From Promethearchaeota archaeon (GTDB lineage Archaea; Asgardarchaeota; Lokiarchaeia; Sigyniarchaeales; SOKP01), in assembly GCA_019057795.1 (NCBI GenBank), contig JAHLWS010000034.1, forward strand, positions 1-64,000: DNA of 64,000 bases, written 5' to 3'. The notes beneath the pieces were generated by a model that saw nothing but the letters and a program-made list of their open reading frames with translations, was not told where the DNA came from and made no database searches. Of the stretch, positions 57,395-64,000 are shown in pieces. The position numbers and the translations under genes were made by a program. Positions within the stretch are counted from its first letter, which is position 1, and each line of letters begins with the position of its first letter.

Positions 57395-58057
57395 ATGGAT
57401 GATCAAAAAAAGCTCGCAATTGTAATTTTAATAGGCGGAAAAAATATCCGCTTTGGAAACGAATCTGCTGCTGTTTTAGATGTACTCGGAAAACCGTTAA
57501 TTTTACACCAAATAGAAACGCTTTCTAAATTTGACGAAGATGTTTTTTTGGTTGCTAACTCAGAATATCAGATTAATTCCTATTATAGGGAGATTAATTT
57601 TCCAAGAGACATTAACTTCATCGTTGACGATACAGAAATTATCGGGGATTCAAATGTAAGAACTCCAATGTTAGGTATATATTCTGGTTTTAAAGAATTG
57701 AATAATTTAGGTTTTGAAAAGGGTTTTCTTTTATCAGGTGATATGCCTTTGGTCAAACCTGAAGTGATCGAATTATTGATTAAAGAAGTCGAAGGATACG
57801 ATTGTTGTATTCCAAGATGGAATAATGGTTTTTTAGAGCCATTATTTGCTATATATCCTGTTGAAAAAACATATGAACTTGCGAAAAAAACAATTCAAGA
57901 AAAAAATTATGCTTTAAATAGTATAATCAATAAGACTTGGAACATAAATTACATATCAGTTGAGGAATCGATAAAGCCGTTAGATCAAAATTTAGTTGGC
58001 TTAATAAACATAAACGGACCAATCGATCTTGAGAAGGTAATCAAATTATACCAATAA
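57395..58057 (+). CDS. mobA: MobA-like nucleotidyltransferase
   Basis: LIGGKNIRFG, PMLGIYSG, GDMP, EPLFAIY and NIN motifs. Confidence 0.75.
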   Translation: MDDQKKLAIVILIGGKNIRFGNESAAVLDVLGKPLILHQIETLSKFDEDVFLVANSEYQINSYYREINFPRDINFIVDDTEIIGDSNVRTPMLGIYSGFKELNNLGFEKGFLLSGDMPLVKPEVIELLIKEVEGYDCCIPRWNNGFLEPLFAIYPVEKTYELAKKTIQEKNYALNSIINKTWNINYISVEESIKPLDQNLVGLININGPIDLEKVIKLYQ

Positions 58058-58136
58058 CTTTAATAACTAAAAATTATCATTCTCTATTTTTTTTACATCT
58101 TAATTTTTCTCAATAAACCTTTTACTCTAAAAAAAA

Positions 58137-60560
58137 TTGTTTAACTTAATGGATAAAGAGGAATTTAAATTTTTAGATAAAACTATAGAGCTCGAAAAAA
58201 GAGAAGAATTAGATTCTTCTTACAAAATCAAATCTTATCATGATAAATTAAGATTAATGGAAAGTAAGAAAATTCCTCAGAAACCTATTGAAGACGTCTT
58301 AAATGATTTGTTATTAAAAAATAGTTACATTTCTAAAAAGACTAAAGATTCGATATCAAAAATAATATACTCTCCAAAAGATAGAATTATTGTAGTTACG
58401 ACCCATTTGGGGCAGGATATCATTTGGAATAGAGGAAAACTAATTTATTCATACGGTTGGTTTTTTTTTGTTTCTAAACCTAAATCTAAGCAAAAATCCA
58501 GCAAGGCAAAAATGGGAAAGGATAAGAAAGAAGCTAAAAAAGAAGAAAAAACCATAAGTAGAGAAGACTATTCGTTTGAAGACTTAATAATTCCGCTAAA
58601 AGAAAAAGAAAACATGCGCTCGTTATATAACACCCAAGAATATTTTCAATATTTGAAACTTATCAAATCAAGTAATATCCCTCAAATGCCAATCAAAGAA
58701 GTTTTACATGATTTGTTGGTTGAAAATCAAGATATTCCCTTGAAAGAGAAGAAATCTATTGGAAAAGTTATTTATTACAAAAAGGAGAGGGTTATTGTTG
58801 TTAAATCTCTAATTGGGGATTCAATGTATGAAAATCTCAAGGGCTTAGTAAAAAAGTATGGCTGGTATTTCTATATCACTGGAGTTCCCGTAGGAGCAAG
58901 TCAAATTTCAGTAGCGATTGATAAGATCGAGAGAAAGTTTGATGCTAATTATTTTAAAAACATATCTATTTCTAGCGAAAATAAGGGCGAGAAAACTAGA
59001 GTAACCATTTATCCTATTGTACTTAAACCAAATCATAATTGTCACATCTTAGGATTAGGAAATCTCAATATATTATTAGATTGTGGTATTTCAGATTCAA
59101 AAAAAAAAGAAGTAAAAGAAGAGAAAGAAGATATAGAAGAGAAAGAAGATATAGAAGAAAAAGAAGAGAAAGAAGGGGAAGAAGAGGAAGAAGAAAAAGA
59201 AATTTATAAAAAACCTGACGATTCGATATATATCGAAGAATATTTGGCGAATTTACCTCAATTAATTTTAGAAGAAGAAAAAAGACAAATAGAAAAAGAG
59301 GATATTGAAAAGGAATTAGCTTCTGAAAATATTCAAAGGCAAACATCGGTTATACCAAAAATAGATGCGATTTTTGTCTCACATAGTCATTACGACCATA
59401 TTTCGGGTCTTAAGAAGTTAATACAGCTCAACCCCGAAGTACCTGTTCTTTGCTCAAGAATTACGTTAGATTTGTTCCTCTTAAGAGATTCAAACTTCTT
59501 AAAACAAGAAAATCACGAAGAGATCGACGATGAGGAATATCGAAATATTGTTAAAAATGTTATTTATGTAGAAAATGGAGATAAAATAGAATTTAAAGAT
59601 AGTGGATGTTTTTTATCGTTTTTTCATGCGGGTCATATGCCGGGAGCATTGATGGTATTAGCAAAAGTTAATGATTTTAGGTTTTTATACACTGGTGACT
59701 ATACATATTATGATATAACGCCATTTGCTGGGACTAAAAGATTTTTAGAACAAATTTCGCGTCCTATAGATTATCTCTTAATTGACGGAACCAGTGCCCA
59801 TGAAGAGCATGGAGAGATATCCAATCAGTTTCATAGTTTAATTCTCTTCTTAGAACAAAAAGCGGAATATGAAGATAATGTTTTAATTGGAGCAGACCCT
59901 TCAAGTTTAGCTATAAGCTTTATGCTGACGTTTTGGAGGTATTTCAGAAAGTTACAATTAAGAAAAAAAGGTTTTACAAAACGCCCAAATATTTACGTAG
60001 ATATGATGGTTAGAAAAAATATTCAAGTAATTAATCATAGATACGAATATATATATGGCCCAATTTCACGATTAATAAAAAATAAAGCAAATCCTTTTAA
60101 TAGCATTAAGTTTAGATGGTTTGAGCGCAACGATTTAGAGTTTTTACGGAAGAAGAATAATATAATAATTTCTCACCCCCCAGATTTATCTTACGGCTTA
60201 ATTAGAAATATTATCAATGTAGTTGGCCGTAATCCTCACAATTTAGTGTTTCTTGCAGGGGCTATTCACGAACAACCAGGAATGGATTTAATATCGGGCG
60301 GTAATATAATAGAGTTTTCCGAAACATGGAAAACACCGTTTAGGGCATTTTTAATTAATACTTTTATGCCTCAACTTAAAATCAAATTACACGCAGATAA
60401 GATACAGCTTGCTGAAATGATAAAAGTTCTTGAACCAAAAGAAGTATGCTTTTTCCATCAGTCTCCAAGAAAACTTATTGAAGCAGTAGAATACGTAAAA
60501 GAGTTGGGTATAGAGAAAGTATCCTTACCTAAAAAAAGGAGATTATTGATTTTAAACTAA
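58137..60560 (+). CDS. Beta-CASP metallo-beta-lactamase nuclease (aCPSF-like) with two degenerate KH-like repeats and an acidic insertion
   Basis: LLDCG, SHSHYDH, AGHMPG, YTGD, HAD and FFH motifs; duplicated N-terminal unit ending YGW. Confidence 0.8.
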   Translation: MFNLMDKEEFKFLDKTIELEKREELDSSYKIKSYHDKLRLMESKKIPQKPIEDVLNDLLLKNSYISKKTKDSISKIIYSPKDRIIVVTTHLGQDIIWNRGKLIYSYGWFFFVSKPKSKQKSSKAKMGKDKKEAKKEEKTISREDYSFEDLIIPLKEKENMRSLYNTQEYFQYLKLIKSSNIPQMPIKEVLHDLLVENQDIPLKEKKSIGKVIYYKKERVIVVKSLIGDSMYENLKGLVKKYGWYFYITGVPVGASQISVAIDKIERKFDANYFKNISISSENKGEKTRVTIYPIVLKPNHNCHILGLGNLNILLDCGISDSKKKEVKEEKEDIEEKEDIEEKEEKEGEEEEEEKEIYKKPDDSIYIEEYLANLPQLILEEEKRQIEKEDIEKELASENIQRQTSVIPKIDAIFVSHSHYDHISGLKKLIQLNPEVPVLCSRITLDLFLLRDSNFLKQENHEEIDDEEYRNIVKNVIYVENGDKIEFKDSGCFLSFFHAGHMPGALMVLAKVNDFRFLYTGDYTYYDITPFAGTKRFLEQISRPIDYLLIDGTSAHEEHGEISNQFHSLILFLEQKAEYEDNVLIGADPSSLAISFMLTFWRYFRKLQLRKKGFTKRPNIYVDMMVRKNIQVINHRYEYIYGPISRLIKNKANPFNSIKFRWFERNDLEFLRKKNNIIISHPPDLSYGLIRNIINVVGRNPHNLVFLAGAIHEQPGMDLISGGNIIEFSETWKTPFRAFLINTFMPQLKIKLHADKIQLAEMIKVLEPKEVCFFHQSPRKLIEAVEYVKELGIEKVSLPKKRRLLILN
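59105..59205 (+). repeat. Purine-rich low-complexity tract with 18-bp tandem units (EEKEDI) inside the beta-CASP gene
   Basis: GAAGAGAAAGAAGATATA twice, followed by GAA-rich degenerate copies. Confidence 0.8.
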
Positions 60561-60680
60561 ATTTAATAGTATTAATCTCGCAAAGTAGGATTTCTATATT
60601 TTAAAAGCAAAAATCATAAAAACTAAATTTGTCAATTTCTTTTCTAATATATTACATATCAGTAGAAATGGTGGATTGAA

Positions 60681-61061
60681 ATTTATTCAGATAAAGTAAT
60701 GGATCATTTTCGAAATCCGCGTAATATGGGCGAAATGAAAGATGCTGACGCAGTAGGAGAGGTAGGAAACCCCGTTTGTGGAGATCTCATGAATATCTAT
60801 ATTAAAGTAGAAGAAATGAATGGAGCAGAAATAATAAAAGATATTTCATTTCAAACATTCGGGTGTGCGGCTGCAATCGCAACTTCTTCCATGATAACGG
60901 AATTAGCCAAGGGTAAAACGCTTGATGATGCCATGAAGATATCTAGAAGCGATGTTGCTGATTCTTTAGACGGATTACCTCCAATTAAATTGCATTGTAG
61001 TAATTTAGCTGCTGATGGATTGCAAGATGCAATTAAGAAATATCGTGAAAGTAAAAAATAA
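60681..61061 (+). CDS. iscU: Fe-S scaffold IscU/NifU-N (MisU); probable ATT start
   Basis: (I)YSDKVMDHF.NPRN, GNPVCGD, FGCAAA and KLHCS motifs. Confidence 0.92.
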   Translation: MYSDKVMDHFRNPRNMGEMKDADAVGEVGNPVCGDLMNIYIKVEEMNGAEIIKDISFQTFGCAAAIATSSMITELAKGKTLDDAMKISRSDVADSLDGLPPIKLHCSNLAADGLQDAIKKYRESKK

Positions 61062-61314
61062 CAACTATTTAGTTAGATATCTATTAAATTATGGAATTAG
61101 AATTATCGTTTTAGTAGTCCCTTCACTTCTTGGATGTTATGTCGAAGAATACCTAATTTTTGAAGTATAAATTTTAATGAATTTTTAAATTATAAACCTT
61201 TTAAAAGATCTCATTAAGAGTCTCGCTTAAACATGTCATTATTATTTCAAAATATAAGCAAAATGTATAATTAACTAAGTTGATAATGAAGAATTAAGAA
61301 AGTAGTGATGTAAA

Positions 61315-64000
61315 ATGGAAGCGAAAATAGATGAAAAAATGAAAATAAAGCTCAGCGGTATGACCTGCGCATCTTGTGCTTTAAAAATAGAAACCAAATT
61401 GAAGAATTTAGATGGAGTAAGTAGTTCAGTAGTAAATTTTGCGAGTGAAGAGGTCACCGTTGAATTCAATTCAAGCATAACTAGTTATGCTGATTTTAAT
61501 AAGGCGATAGGAGACTTAGGATATAAAGCTACACTAGCTAAAATAGATTATAAAGTAATTGATTCTATTCCTGAATCAGAGTTCAATGAATTGGTTAATG
61601 CCATTGAAAACATTGAGGGAATATATGAAGTGAGAGGGAATTTTAAAGCCAATAAGTTGTTTGTTGAATATAATGAATTACAACTTGATGAAAGTAAAAT
61701 TTACTCAAAAGTTAAACAATTAGGCTATAAACTTGAAAAAACAGCAGGAGCACTTGATAAAGAGATCGAAAGACATAAAAAAGAGATGAGATATCGATTA
61801 AGGATTTTAGTAATTGCATTAGCTTTTATGTTTGTTATTACTCCAATTAGTTGGTTCGTAGAGGAATCGTTCTCAAAGGATTTATTTTTGTTCATTTTAG
61901 CGATAGCTGACTTTAGTATTGCGGGATCTTTCTTTCTTATTGGTGCTTACAAATCTTTAAGAAATAAATCAACTAATATGGATGTATTGGTTGCCTTAGG
62001 AACAACAACAGCACTAGTATATTCGACATTGACAACATTTTTAATTGAGGGAAACACATTTTACGAAGCAATGAGTATGATACTTGCATTCCTTTTAATT
62101 GGCAAGTATTTTGAACTCAAAACTAAAGGACAAACTTCAGAAGCAATCAAGAAACTTATTGGATTACAACCTAAAACAGCCACTCTTTTAAAAGACGGAA
62201 AAGAGATAGAAATCCCGATTGAAGAGATAGAGGTTGGAGACATCTTGGTTGTTCGACCTGGTGAAAAAATTCCTATCGATGGAAAAGTAGTTAAAGGAAA
62301 AACAAAAGTTGACGAGTCAATGATTACCGGAGAAAGCAGGTATGTAAAGAAAAAAATTGATAGCGAAGTAATTGGTGCAACTATGAATCAAACTGGGTTA
62401 ATAAATATTGTAGCCGAAAAAATAGGGAAAGATACACTCTTATTTCAAATAATTAATTTTGTAAAGGAAGCCCAGAGTAAAAAAGCGGCAAAACAACAAT
62501 TAGCAGACACGGTTAGCAATTATTTTGTTCCTGCGGTTATCATTATTGCCACCGGAGCCTTCTTATTTTGGTATTTTATAGCAGGTATCGGATTGGAATT
62601 GTCTCTATTGGTTTTTACATCCGTTGTTGTGATTTCATGCCCATGTGCTCTCGGTCTAGCGATACCTACAGCAGTCATGGTTGGTACTGGTAAAGGTGCT
62701 GAAAATGGAATACTATTAAAAGGTGGTGATTCTTTAGAAGCGATTAGCAAGATTGATACAATTGTCTTTGACAAAACGGGGACTTTAACCGTAGGAAAAC
62801 CTAAAGTTTCAGCAATAATTACAGAAAAAGATTTAAAAGGGCAAGGTTATGATGTAGACGAGTTATTATTTTATGCAGGAAGCGCTGAAATGGGTTCTGA
62901 ACACCCTCTTGGCCATGCTATTATCGAAGAAGCAAATCAAAAAGGATTAACTCTCGAAATTCCTACTGAATTCGATGCAGTACTCGGGAAAGGTATAAAA
63001 ACCAACATCAAAAACAAAAGCGTATTGATAGGAAACGAAAAGTTAATGGCAGATAATAATATTTCTATCGGATCGTATAAGGTTAAGTTCACTGAACTCC
63101 AGCAACAAGGAATAACGACTATTTTAATCAGCGTCGAAAATGAGATTAAAGGAATTATCGGAATATCTGATAAAATAAAAGATCAAGCTCCATATGCGTT
63201 GGAAAAATTGCGAAAGGAAGGCTTAGAAATTTTTATGCTAACTGGAGATAACAAGCAAACAGCCTTAAGCATAGGCAAACAGTTAAAATTCGACGAACAG
63301 CATATTTTAGCGGAGGTTTTACCAAACGAAAAAGCTGAAACCATTCAGAAATTACAAGAATCAGAAGAAAATAAAGTTGTTGGCATGGTTGGAGATGGAA
63401 TAAACGATGCTCCTGCTTTAGCTCAAGCAGATGTCGGAATTGCTATAGGTTCAGGCACCGATATTGCTATGGAAACTGCAGATGTAATACTCATGAGGGG
63501 AGATCTTCGGAATGTGGTTTCTGCTATTAATCTATCTAAAAAAACTTATCGAAAAATGATAACAAACTTGTTTTGGGCTTTTATATACAATATAATTGGA
63601 ATTCCTATAGCTGCAGGAGTTCTGTATTATGTATCCGAATTCTTTTTACCTCCCTATTTAGCTGCCGTTTTTATGGCATCTAGTTCTGTTTCAGTAGTTA
63701 CTAATGCGCTTTTCTTGAAAAGATACGAGCCAAAAACACCGCAACAAATCGAAGAAGAAAGATTATTAATCTCCCAAGAAAAGGTTGTAGACCCAGTTTG
63801 TGGTATGGAAATTGATCCAAGACGCGCTTTAGAACATGAATATCAAGGAAAAATCTATCACTTTTGCGGTCCGAATTGTGAAGCTCACTTTAAACAAGAC
63901 CCTGAAAAGTTTAAGAATTACGATAACATGAACCCAAAGTTAATGCAAATGAAAAGCAGCGAAGAAGATTTAGTAATTGATCCTGTTTGCGGAATGAAGG
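61315..64000 (+). CDS. copA: P1B-type Cu+-exporting ATPase with C-terminal YHS domains (3' partial)
   Basis: GMTCASC HMA domain, TGES, CPC, DKTGT, SEHP, GDGIND, YN and MASSS motifs; tail DPVCGM..YHFC..C and a second DPVCGM at the window edge. Not in the ORF track. Confidence 0.92.
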   Translation, partial: MEAKIDEKMKIKLSGMTCASCALKIETKLKNLDGVSSSVVNFASEEVTVEFNSSITSYADFNKAIGDLGYKATLAKIDYKVIDSIPESEFNELVNAIENIEGIYEVRGNFKANKLFVEYNELQLDESKIYSKVKQLGYKLEKTAGALDKEIERHKKEMRYRLRILVIALAFMFVITPISWFVEESFSKDLFLFILAIADFSIAGSFFLIGAYKSLRNKSTNMDVLVALGTTTALVYSTLTTFLIEGNTFYEAMSMILAFLLIGKYFELKTKGQTSEAIKKLIGLQPKTATLLKDGKEIEIPIEEIEVGDILVVRPGEKIPIDGKVVKGKTKVDESMITGESRYVKKKIDSEVIGATMNQTGLINIVAEKIGKDTLLFQIINFVKEAQSKKAAKQQLADTVSNYFVPAVIIIATGAFLFWYFIAGIGLELSLLVFTSVVVISCPCALGLAIPTAVMVGTGKGAENGILLKGGDSLEAISKIDTIVFDKTGTLTVGKPKVSAIITEKDLKGQGYDVDELLFYAGSAEMGSEHPLGHAIIEEANQKGLTLEIPTEFDAVLGKGIKTNIKNKSVLIGNEKLMADNNISIGSYKVKFTELQQQGITTILISVENEIKGIIGISDKIKDQAPYALEKLRKEGLEIFMLTGDNKQTALSIGKQLKFDEQHILAEVLPNEKAETIQKLQESEENKVVGMVGDGINDAPALAQADVGIAIGSGTDIAMETADVILMRGDLRNVVSAINLSKKTYRKMITNLFWAFIYNIIGIPIAAGVLYYVSEFFLPPYLAAVFMASSSVSVVTNALFLKRYEPKTPQQIEEERLLISQEKVVDPVCGMEIDPRRALEHEYQGKIYHFCGPNCEAHFKQDPEKFKNYDNMNPKLMQMKSSEEDLVIDPVCGMK

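Noticed and set aside
59105-59205. Repeats as a possible CRISPR array
   Set aside because: In-frame low-complexity coding repeats with no spacers and no cas genes

Overview
AT-rich (roughly 30% GC by eye) archaeal chromosomal segment. Gene content points to an Asgard archaeon, most likely Lokiarchaeia (inference): an Arf-like small GTPase next to a longin-type protein, two PAC2 proteasome chaperones, DUF2070, zinc-ribbon-tailed membrane proteins, a multi-PAS kinase and an intron-containing tRNA. Most of the window is housekeeping or metabolic: purE-rpiA-rpe, tandem thiolases, FadH-like reductase, acyl-CoA synthetase alpha subunit, dut, gatC, SufBC/SMS and IscS/IscU (MIS) Fe-S systems, and CopA. 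No CRISPR array, rRNA or recognisable transposase was seen. Most notable observations: (1) a translationally coupled Arf-like GTPase plus longin(uDENN)-winged-helix fusion, resembling a minimal NPRL2-like or GTPase-controlled regulator; (2) a membrane-anchored subtilase with the domain order and motifs of eukaryotic site-1 protease (SKI-1/MBTPS1) and a cytoplasmic zinc ribbon; (3) three conserved genes (dodecin, polyferredoxin, iscU) whose full-length forms appear to start at ATT behind SD-like motifs; (4) tRNA-Ala(GGC) with a 31-nt T-loop intron; (5) a TPR+winged-helix (PCI-like) protein; (6) a MoxR-vWA/HEXXH pair; (7) several deletion-type gene remnants (dCMP deaminase, ZupT, VapC, sufC, PAC2). 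All family calls come from motif recognition by eye, not database searches.
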